Part shown: piece by piece, positions 1 to 10,258 of the stretch
How the letters are laid out: each line of letters opens with the position of its first letter
Position numbering within the stretch: the stretch's first letter is position 1
Source: an uncultured virus (IMG/VR IMGVR_UViG_3300025769_000082)
Taxonomy: Duplodnaviria > Heunggongvirae > Uroviricota > Caudoviricetes
DNA: 64,000 nucleotides
Direction: 5' to 3' (one strand)
IMG/VR virus record: IMGVR_UViG_3300025769_000082
Notes under the pieces: model-generated
What the model was told of the DNA's origin: nothing
What the model saw: only the letters and a program-made list of their open reading frames with translations
Databases searched by the model: none
Program-made: the position numbers and the translations under genes

Positions 1-1457
1 TGCCCCGGGATTGTCGGGACGCCGAGGTTGTCGAGTTGGACACCCGAGGATTTCAGTGCTTCCTCGAACATTTCAAGGTGAGACAGGGCGTCTTGCGGGC
101 CCCGGGTCCAAGACGTCGGATCACCCAACGCCGCGCGGAATTTCTTGAAATCGTTGTCAGACAATGCTCGGCCCGTCTGCCCGGCAACCGCCTCGGCGGC
201 CAGATACGCCAGAAGCGTATAGCGGCTTTCGAGGCTCGCGCTGTCTCGGTCAAACTCCGCCAGCATGTTGTCTCGCAGTTCGGGGGATAGACGCCCGTCG
301 TTTGCGATGTTTTCAATCAGGTCTTCCGCTGACGTACCGAAACTGTCGATCATGCTTTGGGAGAAGCGGATCAGATTACCGCGCCAGCCGACCCGCGACG
401 GATCGCTAGTGATGATCTCTTTCACCCGAGTAAGACCGTCACTGAGACTTTGCAGTTTCACACGCTGTTGGGCCGCCTTGTCTCGGTTGCTTTTGCTTTC
501 GAGACCTAGTTGCGGGGCCCCGACTTCCTCGGCGGTGCCCTCAACAGTCTTCGTTGTGACCTGAGTTCCCGGGGGGAGTTTCGCTCCGGTATGCACGTCA
601 GTCAGACCGCCGTCGTGGGTCAGACCTTGAACCATCTTCCCGTCGGGGCCTTGGTAGAAGTAAATCTGAGGCTTGACGTTGCCGGTTTTGGGCTTCGCCG
701 CGTTCTGGTCGATGACCTCTTGACTGTCTCGGGCCGAGATCGCGTCTCCCACCCCTGTCGCCTGTTCTTGAGAGACCCCTGTCACCTCTTGAAGCGGTTG
801 CGGGAGGATTTTGTCAGGCGCAATCGGCTTGAGACCCGCGTTGACCCGGGCCAGATTGACCGCGTGGGCGTTCTTTTGTGCGTCCAGCGCCATCGCGTGA
901 TGGTTGGCGCGTTCGTCTTTGAGACGCGCGATTTCCGCGTCTTGGTCGAGGCTGTTAAGGTTCGAGCCCGTGGCATTGCCAAGGGCCGACTGACGGGACC
1001 GCCAATCGGGGGCTTGCAGCGCGAAAGCGTCTTGCAGGGCGCGGTTGGCCCGGGTGTTCATGCCGTCAAAGCGGGTCAGGCCCGCCAAGACACCAGACAG
1101 GTCTCGGTTAATTTCGTCTTTCGTCCACTTGTCTTCGACGGCGGGCATGGGGCCGACCATATCCGGGGTCGGGCGCTGTCCTTCGACAATCGCTTGGACA
1201 TCACCGGGGCGGCGGGCCAAAATCTCGCCAAGGGATTTGACGGATTGCTCCATCGCCTCTTGGTCTTTGATCCGCTGGGCCTCTTTGGCCGCCGCAATCT
1301 CCATGTCTTGAATGACTTTGAGACGCTCTTGGTTGTACTTCCCGGCCTGTGCGCGAAGCTGCGCCGCCTTGATCTTGGTCGAGGGGTCGCCGAAAAGGCT
1401 TTTACCGAAACCAGCAATACTGTTTGAGAGCCCGGGGTTAGTTGTGTATCCAGCCAT
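1..1457 (-). CDS. Outer phage putative internal virion/ejection protein (partial, runs off left edge)
   Basis: Read manually: ATG at 1457 after AAGGA RBS (MAGYTTNPGLSNSIAGFGK...), open to position 1, so missing from ORF track; follows other ejection-type genes. Confidence 0.6.
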   Translation of the reverse strand, partial: MAGYTTNPGLSNSIAGFGKSLFGDPSTKIKAAQLRAQAGKYNQERLKVIQDMEIAAAKEAQRIKDQEAMEQSVKSLGEILARRPGDVQAIVEGQRPTPDMVGPMPAVEDKWTKDEINRDLSGVLAGLTRFDGMNTRANRALQDAFALQAPDWRSRQSALGNATGSNLNSLDQDAEIARLKDERANHHAMALDAQKNAHAVNLARVNAGLKPIAPDKILPQPLQEVTGVSQEQATGVGDAISARDSQEVIDQNAAKPKTGNVKPQIYFYQGPDGKMVQGLTHDGGLTDVHTGAKLPPGTQVTTKTVEGTAEEVGAPQLGLESKSNRDKAAQQRVKLQSLSDGLTRVKEIITSDPSRVGWRGNLIRFSQSMIDSFGTSAEDLIENIANDGRLSPELRDNMLAEFDRDSASLESRYTLLAYLAAEAVAGQTGRALSDNDFKKFRAALGDPTSWTRGPQDALSHLEMFEEALKSSGVQLDNLGVPTIPG

Positions 1458-1467
1458 ATCGGGTTCC

Positions 1468-2214
1468 TTACATCGGCACAAGTTTCGACCATGAAGGGGA
1501 CTTCATGGCGTTGGTTGTAGACATCCCGAACGGGTTAGCCGAGGGCCCCGGGGTGCCGCCGAACGGGTTCCACCCCGCGCCGCCAGCAAACGAGCCGACA
1601 GTACCCGCGCCGATCATAATGTCGCCGAGGAGGGTGCTACCCGACTGCACTTGCGCCGGGTTGTTGAGGATCGCTTGGCGGCCCGCGTTGGTCGTCGAGA
1701 GGCTTCCACGGCGGAAGTTGTTGACCGTCCCGATGTCTCGGTTCGTGTCTACCGTCGCGTACTGGTTCTGACGTTTGGAGCCGCCGTAGCTTTGGAGACG
1801 CGCCAGAGCGTTGAGACGGCGTCTCGTATCCGCCGAGGTATCCGCGAGTTTCTTTGCTGCGGCCTCTTGGAAGTTCGTCCCAGCGTTCTGCATCCCGGTC
1901 AGCAACAAGTTATTCGTCGTCGCGTCTTGGATGTTCTCGTTGTAGAGCGTCTCGACGCGCTGGCGTTCGGCGTCGAGTTGCTCGTCTTGGCTCTCACGGG
2001 TTTTGTGTTCGATGTTCTCGTCCAGCCGGTCGAAAGACTGCTTTTTCAGCGCGTCTTGGCGCTCGAACTCAGCCAAACGCAACCGGTTCGCCGCAGAGCG
2101 GGCGTCTTGGTTGGCCTTCATCTGAGCCTTTGCAGCTTTCTTCTGAACGTTGTTGTTATACATCGTCCCCGCTGCGGTGAGAGCCATACTCCCGATTGTT
2201 ACTGGATCGCACAT
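1468..2214 (-). CDS. Putative internal virion/ejection protein
   Basis: MCDPVTIGSMALTAAG N-terminus and Gln/Ala-rich coiled coil, typical of podovirus gp14-like ejection proteins; synteny. Confidence 0.6.
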   Translation of the reverse strand: MCDPVTIGSMALTAAGTMYNNNVQKKAAKAQMKANQDARSAANRLRLAEFERQDALKKQSFDRLDENIEHKTRESQDEQLDAERQRVETLYNENIQDATTNNLLLTGMQNAGTNFQEAAAKKLADTSADTRRRLNALARLQSYGGSKRQNQYATVDTNRDIGTVNNFRRGSLSTTNAGRQAILNNPAQVQSGSTLLGDIMIGAGTVGSFAGGAGWNPFGGTPGPSANPFGMSTTNAMKSPSWSKLVPM

Positions 2215-2235
2215 GTCCCGTGTCTCCTGTCTCGG

Positions 2236-2889
2236 TTAGTTGAACACCTTGCCCGAGCCCCGTTTTCCGGGGAGGCTAGGCGTCGGGACGCTGTACTCTT
2301 GAGCGATCCGGTCAAGGTCTGCGTTACGTTGTCCGGCCAAATACTGACTTCCGCCTGTCATGGCGACGTTGGAGAACAGGTCACCAAGAGGGGAGAACGC
2401 GGGGACTTGACCGCTAATGAACTGGGACCGGGTCAGCGCCGCGTTGGACGCGGCATCCGGGTCGGCGGAAGCGTCAAGCTGATTGAAAAGCTGTTGCCGC
2501 TCGTTCTCGACGTCGTCCCGGAGAAGCTGCCGCTGCCGGTCGGCTTCGGACAGGGTGTTCGCCTGTTGGAACTGGAACGCCTGAGACAGCTTCGCCAACT
2601 GGTCGATACCGGCCTGAGACCGGAGGTTCCCGCCGCGAGCCAAGTTGAACGTCAGGTTCTTCCGGGCTTCTTCGTGTTGATCGTTAAGCTGTGGGTTCGC
2701 GTAGTCGAGATACGCCGTCCGACGCGCGTCGTAATACGGGTCATCAAACTGCGAAAAAGTCTCGTTGATGCGGGTCTGGCCGAGTTGGATGTCGGCTTTG
2801 CGTTTTTCTTCGCGGGCTCGGGCTTCCGCCGCCTCACGGCGGGCTTGCTCTGCCGCTGAATTATCTACTTCGGGGGCTCCGCCGCACAT
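2236..2889 (-). CDS. Putative virion/ejection protein
   Basis: Likely start MCGGAPEVDNS at 2889 after GGAG; helical Ala/Gln-rich; in virion module. Confidence 0.5.
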   Translation of the reverse strand: MCGGAPEVDNSAAEQARREAAEARAREEKRKADIQLGQTRINETFSQFDDPYYDARRTAYLDYANPQLNDQHEEARKNLTFNLARGGNLRSQAGIDQLAKLSQAFQFQQANTLSEADRQRQLLRDDVENERQQLFNQLDASADPDAASNAALTRSQFISGQVPAFSPLGDLFSNVAMTGGSQYLAGQRNADLDRIAQEYSVPTPSLPGKRGSGKVFN

Positions 2890-3358
2890 GGTCTCGTCTC
2901 CAAACGTAAAGGTTAAAATCTTCACGCTGGCGACCGAAACCAGCCAATTCGGCCTCTTTTTGAGCCCCCATACTCTCCAACCATCGACACGCATCCGTGT
3001 GGGTCTTGAGGGCTCGACACTCTGCGCGGTGAACACCGTGTTCGTAGAGCGTTGGTATCATAGAGCGTTTTACATGCTTTGTCAGCGATAAAACGACCTT
3101 GGGCCACTGATCGGTGCCAAAAGCCCAGACGGACCAAACATTCGGCCAGACCGGGAGGGCCCCAATAGCAGCTACCGGCACGTTGTCGTGCCACGCGATC
3201 CACTGAAAATCCCCGTAGCCGCGTACATCTGTGGCTAAGTCTGTAGGGTCTTCCGTCCAACGGGTCGCGTATATTTCTTCCTTGTCTCGTTGTCTCATGC
3301 CCTCGGCGATCAACTCAAGTGCGTCAAAATCTGGGCCGGGGACCAACTCAACTGCCAT
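2861..3358 (-). CDS. T7 gp13-like / acetyltransferase-fold virion assembly protein
   Basis: MRQRDKEEIYA...ACRWLESMGA pattern; located after tail tube gene. Confidence 0.55.
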   Translation of the reverse strand: MAVELVPGPDFDALELIAEGMRQRDKEEIYATRWTEDPTDLATDVRGYGDFQWIAWHDNVPVAAIGALPVWPNVWSVWAFGTDQWPKVVLSLTKHVKRSMIPTLYEHGVHRAECRALKTHTDACRWLESMGAQKEAELAGFGRQREDFNLYVWRRDHVRRSPRSR

Positions 3359-4734
3359 CAGCCGACTTCCCCGGACTGATAATGCACCCCGATGTTGGCG
3401 AGGCTGGCCGCGCTGGCGTCTGTGCAGGTCAACTGCACTGAGATATGCGTCCCGGAACCAGACATTTCGATCCGGCCAAGGCGGTAGGTGCTGTTTGTGA
3501 TCGTCGCCACGGTCTCATAGACCGGGTTGAACGGGTCCAGAGCGATGCCGACGGTCCAAGTGCCGACACATGCTACGTCCAAACCCGTGAACAGTTTGGT
3601 GTTCGCCGGGTTGTCGATGAACAAAAACGGCGTTGTGATCCGCGCTTGCGAACTGTCATATGTGGTGCCGTTGGAACCGCCAAGGGTGTAAACGACGTCG
3701 CCCGCCCGGGCGATAATGCTGTTGTTCAGCACCGCGACGTAATCCAGAGACACCCCAGGGGCGTAGGTAGACCAAGCGGTAACCTTTGGCCCCGGGAAGT
3801 AGGACAAGACATAGATCGTGTCCCCCAAGACAAGCCAGAACCGGCCCGTGACCGGCTCGACGATGCTTTGAGCCAAAGCGGTAGTCGCTTCCCCGACGGT
3901 GTTGATTTGAGACACCAAGACCGGGTCGATAGGGGAACCAATATCTGAGACGGCGGCAGCGTTGGAACTGTCTCGGGCCCTTAATGAGCGGAGACCGCTG
4001 TCAGCAAGATACAAGACATCACCGTTACCGAACTGAGACACAGAGCGAGACGCGAGTGTCCCGGTCTGTTGGAGAGTTTGATCTAACGAATTGTTTAGTG
4101 GATCGACATCCATCGTCCAGATGTCCACCACTCGGCGGCTGAAAACCGCCAATTTGTTGAAGTACACTTCAAGCCCGACGGCATCGACGCCCCGGGCGTC
4201 TTGCTGCGCGAGGTTGATAAACCCGGAACCCGTCCCAACAAGGTCGGTGCAGTCCCCGGTGGCGGTAAAGTTCAACGTCTTGTCTTCGACGTGATACATC
4301 TTGGTCTGGAACGTCTTGATGTACCGGCCTTTGGCCCCTGCCCCTGTGACGAGTGTTCCGTCATAGAAGTGATCTATAGTGCCATCGACCAACTCGAACG
4401 AGACATAGAGCAAACCGTCGTAGACGTCCCAATCAACCATCCGAGACAGGTTGGACCCGGTCGATGTCGTCAACTGGACGTATGTGGTGTTGGGCTCTGT
4501 GGTGAGAGGGTTCGCAATGGTGCCGAAGACATAGATCGTGTCGCCTAACGTACAAAGACCAAACGTCCCGGCAGGGAGCGTATAGTTTTCGTCAAAAGCC
4601 AGACGCTTTTCGACCTCACCGCCAGACGAGACGTGGGCGTTTTCAAACTGTGTGAGCGTTCCCGCCGGGGAGGTATCCGAGGCTTTTCGGACGTCAAGAC
4701 CGGCGCGGAAGTCTTCGATCAGATAGAAAGCCAC
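3358..4734 (-). CDS. Tail nozzle / DNA stabilisation protein (P22 gp10-like)
   Basis: 458 aa beta-rich, DFRAGLD N-terminus, VLSYFPGPKVTAWS motif; follows adaptor. Confidence 0.6.
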   Translation of the reverse strand: MAFYLIEDFRAGLDVRKASDTSPAGTLTQFENAHVSSGGEVEKRLAFDENYTLPAGTFGLCTLGDTIYVFGTIANPLTTEPNTTYVQLTTSTGSNLSRMVDWDVYDGLLYVSFELVDGTIDHFYDGTLVTGAGAKGRYIKTFQTKMYHVEDKTLNFTATGDCTDLVGTGSGFINLAQQDARGVDAVGLEVYFNKLAVFSRRVVDIWTMDVDPLNNSLDQTLQQTGTLASRSVSQFGNGDVLYLADSGLRSLRARDSSNAAAVSDIGSPIDPVLVSQINTVGEATTALAQSIVEPVTGRFWLVLGDTIYVLSYFPGPKVTAWSTYAPGVSLDYVAVLNNSIIARAGDVVYTLGGSNGTTYDSSQARITTPFLFIDNPANTKLFTGLDVACVGTWTVGIALDPFNPVYETVATITNSTYRLGRIEMSGSGTHISVQLTCTDASAASLANIGVHYQSGEVG

Positions 4735-4737
4735 CCA

Positions 4738-5436
4738 CTACCCCCTCGTCGGAATGTAATCAATCCCGGGGCGGAGCCGGGACGCACTGTTGTTCCCGCC
4801 GCCCATAACCCAAGGACGTCGTTTCTGGCCGCCTTGGTTACTCAGGAGTTTGGTTAGGTGTTTCCGGGCGAGTTCCGCCTTGAGACTTGCGTCTTCGGAC
4901 TTCTGCCTCGCCAAAAGTTCGGCTGCCGCATGGAGGACGATCAGGTTGCTGTCCAACGTGCAAGTATCACTGTCGTCGATCAACTGAGACAGCGGAGACA
5001 GCCCCCGGAGACGCAGAGTTCCGTTGATGCTGGGGATCGGCCAGATTTCCATCTGGGTCGTATCCGGGCGGTTTCTCCACTTCTGGACCGGGTTCGACCG
5101 CTCGTCGAGAGCCGGGTCGTACAGGTTGAAGTCTTCCACCGTCAGACCGTAGTCCATTGGTGTGTACCGGCTGCCCTCGACCCACCAAACGGAGTTGACG
5201 TTAGAGAAGGGCATGTCGTCTGGGTAGTTGTAAAGATACTGCCCTGCGTAAGCCGTCGTGTCTCGGTCAACGAGCAAAAACGGCCAATCGTGTTCTTCGT
5301 AAAGAACCTCTTGGGTCCGACGAAGAACATACGCCATGTTCTCTTTGGTATTTACCCCGTGGGCGACGTTGACCGAATGACCAAGTTCGCTGCGGAGGTC
5401 CGAGATCAACTGGGTGAGTTGTACGCCGAGGGGCAT
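4738..5436 (-). CDS. Head-to-tail adaptor protein
   Basis: HDWPFL and MEIWPIP motifs; position after capsid. Confidence 0.65.
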   Translation of the reverse strand: MPLGVQLTQLISDLRSELGHSVNVAHGVNTKENMAYVLRRTQEVLYEEHDWPFLLVDRDTTAYAGQYLYNYPDDMPFSNVNSVWWVEGSRYTPMDYGLTVEDFNLYDPALDERSNPVQKWRNRPDTTQMEIWPIPSINGTLRLRGLSPLSQLIDDSDTCTLDSNLIVLHAAAELLARQKSEDASLKAELARKHLTKLLSNQGGQKRRPWVMGGGNNSASRLRPGIDYIPTRG

Positions 5437-5442
5437 AACCTA

Positions 5443-5799
5443 TTACTCCGTGGTGTCTCCGAACGGCGTGTCTTTGTCTTCTGAGACAGGCTTATTCGGC
5501 GCGGCCTTCTTCTTGGCAGCGGGTTTCTTGAAGTTCCGGTCTTCGGTCTCCATCGGAGGCTTGGTGCCGGGGAACAGCGTTTCGACTGCCGGGACGGGAT
5601 AGATAGTCGCAAGACGTTTCTTTTCCTCGCCGGGGTCGCGGTTCACTTCACCGACGACTTCAACATTGGTCACAGAACTTTCCCCATGAACCAAACGCAA
5701 GAGCGCGACTTCGGGGTAGGTTACTGGGTCGGTCTCGCCGCGAACCACGGTGTTCCGAATGTCTCCGCCAAGGGCGATTTCGCATGAGCAAAGGTGCAT
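5443..5799 (-). CDS. Hypothetical protein downstream of capsid
   Basis: Likely true start MHLCSCEIALGG at 5799 after AGGAAGGA; Lys/Ala-rich tail. Confidence 0.6.
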   Translation of the reverse strand: MHLCSCEIALGGDIRNTVVRGETDPVTYPEVALLRLVHGESSVTNVEVVGEVNRDPGEEKKRLATIYPVPAVETLFPGTKPPMETEDRNFKKPAAKKKAAPNKPVSEDKDTPFGDTTE

Positions 5800-5811
5800 G
5801 TCGATCCTTCC

Positions 5812-5855
5812 TAAAAAGTGGCCCCCGGGGGGTCTGGGAGGAAGCCCCCCGGGGT
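5812..5855 (-). terminator. Probable intrinsic terminator after outer capsid gene
   Basis: CCCCGGGGGG...CCCCCCGGGG inverted repeat followed by TTTTT on minus strand. Confidence 0.55.
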
Positions 5856-5888
5856 TGGGTTGCCCCACACTGGGAGTGGGGAGGAGAG

Positions 5889-6962
5889 TTACGCGATCTC
5901 CAACACCATCGACGAGTTGCACTGACGCGCAACCATCTGGCCGGTGCAAGTGATCGAACGGTACATCACAAACTGGTTCGACGGGCGAGCCGGGGTGTGA
6001 GTGCGTTTCCATTCGCCTTCCATCGACATCAGGAAGATCGCCTTGGTGTCGAGCCACCAGCAGAACTTCGACTTGGACAGATCGTCCAAGGTCGGGTCAT
6101 AGATGAACTTCTGACCCATGAAGTTGAGACCGGTGACAGCGAAGTCGTTTCCGCCAGAGGCGAAACCGCTGTCGCTGTAGTTACCGTTCGCCCGCATTTC
6201 CGTTTCCATCGCACCGAGGAAGTCCGAACCGCACAGAGCGAGGTTCGGGGAGCCGCCGTAGCGCGTAAGCTGACGGTGTTCCTCTTGGATAACCTGAAGC
6301 AGAGCGCCGCCACCAGCGGTCGAAGACGTGATCTGCGTCGTCGAGTTGGCAGTGGTGCGAGCGCGGTTGCGCCACCATTCGTTCCCGGCAGTAGCACGGT
6401 TGATACCGCCGACCGTACCGGTCGTCGGGTTTTCCGTGACCAGAGCGCGGATACCGGCCAGTGCTTTCGCATCGGAAGTACCATCGCCCCAAAGCAGGGT
6501 GTTCATGGTGGAAGCGTACTGTTCGCCGAGGTCTTCCAGCTTGTTTTCCAACAGGCCGACCAAGACGTGCATGTCGCGCTTGGAGTGCTGACGGGTGTTT
6601 TCACCGTTGGTGTCAACGACCGACAAACCGTCGATCTTGAGTTCGGTGTGGGTCAGGGCCATACCAATGTGCATTTCACGCCAAGCGTAGTTTGCACGGT
6701 CGATGTTGGCCGGGGTGTAGAACGACACGGTGTCGTCGTGGGTGTAACCCGTGACGCCATCGTTGGTTCCGCCCGCACCGTAGACGCCCTTGACGCCGAC
6801 GGAAATGTCGCCTTTGCCGCCGGTAAAGGTTTTCTTGGCCTTTTCCATGCGGGCCAAAAGCGGCTTCTTCTGGATGGACTGATCGAAGGCTTTGCCTTTG
6901 TTCAGATAAAAATCGAGCGAGGCGTTAGCGATGCTCGTTACTTCTGCGGCGGTAAATGCCAT
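5889..6962 (-). CDS. Major capsid protein (outer phage)
   Basis: 357 aa directly after acidic scaffold; MNTLLWGDGT...ALAGIRALV motif typical of HK97-fold podovirus capsids. Confidence 0.8.
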   Translation of the reverse strand: MAFTAAEVTSIANASLDFYLNKGKAFDQSIQKKPLLARMEKAKKTFTGGKGDISVGVKGVYGAGGTNDGVTGYTHDDTVSFYTPANIDRANYAWREMHIGMALTHTELKIDGLSVVDTNGENTRQHSKRDMHVLVGLLENKLEDLGEQYASTMNTLLWGDGTSDAKALAGIRALVTENPTTGTVGGINRATAGNEWWRNRARTTANSTTQITSSTAGGGALLQVIQEEHRQLTRYGGSPNLALCGSDFLGAMETEMRANGNYSDSGFASGGNDFAVTGLNFMGQKFIYDPTLDDLSKSKFCWWLDTKAIFLMSMEGEWKRTHTPARPSNQFVMYRSITCTGQMVARQCNSSMVLEIA

Positions 6963-6980
6963 TGTCTTGTGTCTCCGTTA

Positions 6981-8033
6981 TTAAGAACCGGAGGACGATG
7001 CCAAGCCTTGCAATGCTGCTTCCATGAGGCTGTTTGGCTGCCCTTTGGCTCCGTGAGCGTTAGAAGACAGGGCCCCGTTTGGTGTGGGACGGGTTGGCCG
7101 ACGCTGCGGTGAGACAGACTTGGTCAACTCGTTCACTTCCCGATAAGCCGCTTCGGCGTATTCAACAGCCTGTTCGACTGTCTGGGGCAAGCCCCGTTCT
7201 TGAATAATCGCTTGGGCGTACCGGCGAACGGCATCCTGTTTCTGCGAATAGTCCGGGTCTCGGTTACGGATATTCGCTTCCCAATCGGAGATAGTTTGCT
7301 GGACGTTCGAGGCGTGAGCGCGAAGCTGTTGCTCCTGTTGTTGAACCCGGTAGCGTTCGCTTTCCACCTGATAATGCTGGTCATAGGCCCGGCGTTGTGC
7401 CAACTCCCGGGCATGATCGGCAGTGATGTAACCTTGATTGACTTGCTGCTCAAGGTCAGGCGAAAGACGTTGGCCCACCATCATCTGAGCCTGTTCGACG
7501 TAGGGTTGGACCCCCGCCAGAAAAGCCTCATAGTCCCCGCGTCGGAGTGCGGCCCCAGCCCCTAAGAGCAAGGCGACGTCCTCTTGAGCGAGGTCGTGGT
7601 TGGTCATAGCCTCAACAAACGGTGCGTAGTTTGCGCGTTCCTGTCTCAGTTCGTTACGCTCAGAAAGCAATTTTTCAATCCGGCGCTTTGTCTTCGGCTT
7701 GTAGCTGTCCAACTCGGCTTGGTCGGGCTCGTCCGACAATTCGTCGTCTTCGTCCGATGCTTTCTGACTATCATCCTTTTGGTCGGCATCCGTGTCTTGA
7801 TCCGAACCGGTTTCTTGAGGGTCGGGGCCTTCCTCATTTTCGGCCTGAGAAGCTGCGAGTTCTTTTTCGACATCCAAATCGCTGTCGGCCTCGAACTCCA
7901 AGTCAATGCTGTCGGCAACAGCATCAAGCATACTCTCGGGCTCTGCACCCGTGTCTTCCGCGCTCGACGGGGACGCATCCTCGTAAGAGGTTTCGTCGAT
8001 CAGATTTTCATCGGCTGGCGAATTGTCCGACAT
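6981..8033 (-). CDS. Capsid scaffolding protein
   Basis: Very acidic N-terminus, KRRIEKLL coiled coil, between portal and capsid. Confidence 0.7.
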   Translation of the reverse strand: MSDNSPADENLIDETSYEDASPSSAEDTGAEPESMLDAVADSIDLEFEADSDLDVEKELAASQAENEEGPDPQETGSDQDTDADQKDDSQKASDEDDELSDEPDQAELDSYKPKTKRRIEKLLSERNELRQERANYAPFVEAMTNHDLAQEDVALLLGAGAALRRGDYEAFLAGVQPYVEQAQMMVGQRLSPDLEQQVNQGYITADHARELAQRRAYDQHYQVESERYRVQQQEQQLRAHASNVQQTISDWEANIRNRDPDYSQKQDAVRRYAQAIIQERGLPQTVEQAVEYAEAAYREVNELTKSVSPQRRPTRPTPNGALSSNAHGAKGQPNSLMEAALQGLASSSGS

Positions 8034-8078
8034 AACGCCTCCAAATAATTAAACTCTGGTGTCTCCACCGTGTCTTGT

Positions 8079-8108
8079 GTCTTACCACACAAGTTGTGTC
8101 TCGCGCAA
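8079..8108 (-). promoter_or_regulatory. Candidate promoter upstream of scaffold/capsid
   Basis: TTGCGC-N18-TAAGAC on minus strand with AGACACAA motif, similar to the site at 62258-62286. Confidence 0.4.
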
Positions 8109-8128
8109 TAGCCGACACACAATCTGTG

Positions 8129-10258
8129 CTAGTTCAGCCCGAGTGCCCCGGCAATCGCCCCCAGTTCCGGTGGGACGCTTTCTTCGGGGATCGGCGTGTT
8201 CGCGCCACCCTCGACCCCTTGGGCGTTCGGGTCGTTACTCGGGTCGCCCTGCACAGGCTGTTTGTTCTGGTTCTGAGACACAATCGACTGCATGTCTGCA
8301 TCGAACGCATCGTTAATATCCAGACGATCATCCAACCGGCGCAATAACTCTTTAGCCATCCACTCCGGGGATACCCCGGGAATTTGCATCAGAAGGGGGA
8401 AAATCCGCTCGGCGTTCTGGATTTCTTGGGCTTGGTTGGGCCGCCCGGTCGATCCGGCTTCGATTTCGAGGTAGATTTCCGCTGCGATGTCGCCGCGTGT
8501 CATGTCGGGCCAGACTGCGCCCTCCCCGACAATGGTTTTCACTGTCTCGGATGCTGTCTCAGCAAACAAAATCTGACCCGCAGTGCGAGCGAGCAAAGTC
8601 ATCATTTCGTCGAGATCGTCCACGTTGGACTGTGTCGCGCTGGCCTGAGAACTCTGGGCGATAGACGTTTCCGTCGCCGTAGCACCGGAGACAGACCCCA
8701 AAGTCGCCTCTTGAACGCCAACGACCCGCAAAATGTCTTCATAAACACTGTTGACCTCGTAAAGCGCCGGGTCGATAGGCGGGTTTTTAATAGGTTGTAA
8801 GACCTGATCGACCGACTGCCCGGGGGCCAAGGCGTTAAGTTCTAACACTGCGTTAGCTGGGTGGTCTTGCAGTTTCGAGACGTCTTCTTCGTCCAAGACA
8901 CCCGCAGCGACCGCTGTCTTGGGGCGGTTAGCCTTGCGGTGTTCGCGGAGACCCTGCCTCGATCTGTTATACTCTTGCTGCATGTCTCGGATTAGAGACA
9001 CGTCGCTCGGAGGGAAAATATCGCTAGGATCGTCAACTTCGTTGAGTACCAGCGGGAACCAAGGCCAAAAACGCTCGGTATAAACGTCCGGAGCCTCTGG
9101 CTCTTGCAAAAACTCAGGGTATCCGTCGCAAACGACGTAAACGAGCCCGTCCATCCGGGAGTAAACCTCCCAGACCATCGCTTCCGGGCGGGAACCATTC
9201 TCACCTTTGGCGTCTTCGCGGGTGTCGCCCATGTGGGAGATCGCCTCCGCCGCGAGATCGTCGTCCCCGGCCTCTTTCCGGGCGTAACCCCGGTAATTCG
9301 TGGCGATGTCTACCCCATAGACCTCTTGGATTGTCTCAGGAGACAGGAGGTATTCTTGCGCGACCCACTCGCACCCAGAAAAGGTTCTCAGGTTCTTGCA
9401 TTTGGTGTCCGGGATGATGCAAGTGCTATCCGGGTAATCCAACGCCAGCCCTTCACGGACTAAGACCTGTTCCTCTTTTTCGAGGGCTTGGATCGACAAA
9501 CGAAGCTGTTCGGCCTCGGCATCGTCTTTGTTGATTTCGCCGTCGGCCATATCCGCCGCCAGACGTTCCAACGTGTGGAGACGTTGGGTGAAGTCTGCGA
9601 TCTGGTTTTTGACGTCCGGTCGCATTTCCATGACACGCTGAAACCCAAGTTTGACGTAGCCGACGCCGGTCGTGATCGCCCGGCGCACGGTGAGTTTCAT
9701 CATGGATTTGAACGGGTCGATCTGTTCGTCGAGATTGTATTCGTATAGATACGCCAACGTGTCTCCGACCCGGCGGAGCATCTGGTTGTGGCTCCGGGCT
9801 TCTTCGGCTTCCGCGATGATCTGCGCGGCTTCGGCGCTCGGCGGAGCCATACCCTGCATCGCCGCTGCGCTGGCCTGTTGCGCCATCATCAACTGCCTGT
9901 TCGAGCCATCCCAGACGGTGCCGAGCAACCGGGGGCGCATTTTGGCGGAAACCCGGGGGTTTTTAGCATACAGGAAGGCAGTCTTCTGTTGGACGTGGCG
10001 ATGTGCGACGTTCGCCACATACTGCCCGTCTGCGCCTTTCCACTGCTTGCCCCTAACAAACTGTTGGTCGTCGCGCATCGACTTGAAATTCTTCTCGTAG
10101 AAGGATTTCGCCCCGGTCACACGGTCTTGCCACTGCCGAACGAGGGCCGCGCGGGCTTCTCCGGGCTCGGGCTTCTCACGGGGGACCACCGTGTCTTGGC
10201 CGTTTTCCCCGTTTTCGAGGGCTTCGACTTCGTCAAACATGTCTTCCATAATCACCAC
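8129..10258 (-). CDS. Portal protein (outer phage)
   Basis: 709 aa after TerL; YAKNPRV, GVGYVKLGF and SGATATET motifs of P22-type portals. Confidence 0.8.
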   Translation of the reverse strand: MVIMEDMFDEVEALENGENGQDTVVPREKPEPGEARAALVRQWQDRVTGAKSFYEKNFKSMRDDQQFVRGKQWKGADGQYVANVAHRHVQQKTAFLYAKNPRVSAKMRPRLLGTVWDGSNRQLMMAQQASAAAMQGMAPPSAEAAQIIAEAEEARSHNQMLRRVGDTLAYLYEYNLDEQIDPFKSMMKLTVRRAITTGVGYVKLGFQRVMEMRPDVKNQIADFTQRLHTLERLAADMADGEINKDDAEAEQLRLSIQALEKEEQVLVREGLALDYPDSTCIIPDTKCKNLRTFSGCEWVAQEYLLSPETIQEVYGVDIATNYRGYARKEAGDDDLAAEAISHMGDTREDAKGENGSRPEAMVWEVYSRMDGLVYVVCDGYPEFLQEPEAPDVYTERFWPWFPLVLNEVDDPSDIFPPSDVSLIRDMQQEYNRSRQGLREHRKANRPKTAVAAGVLDEEDVSKLQDHPANAVLELNALAPGQSVDQVLQPIKNPPIDPALYEVNSVYEDILRVVGVQEATLGSVSGATATETSIAQSSQASATQSNVDDLDEMMTLLARTAGQILFAETASETVKTIVGEGAVWPDMTRGDIAAEIYLEIEAGSTGRPNQAQEIQNAERIFPLLMQIPGVSPEWMAKELLRRLDDRLDINDAFDADMQSIVSQNQNKQPVQGDPSNDPNAQGVEGGANTPIPEESVPPELGAIAGALGLN

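Noticed and set aside
510..2859. Long plus-strand ORFs (510-1427, 1651-2859; also 5784-7112, 9788-10651, 32986-33726)
   Set aside because: Antisense shadows of well-supported minus-strand genes
5800..6057. N-terminal extension of ORF 5443-6057
   Set aside because: Overlaps the capsid gene and terminator; better RBS/start at 5799
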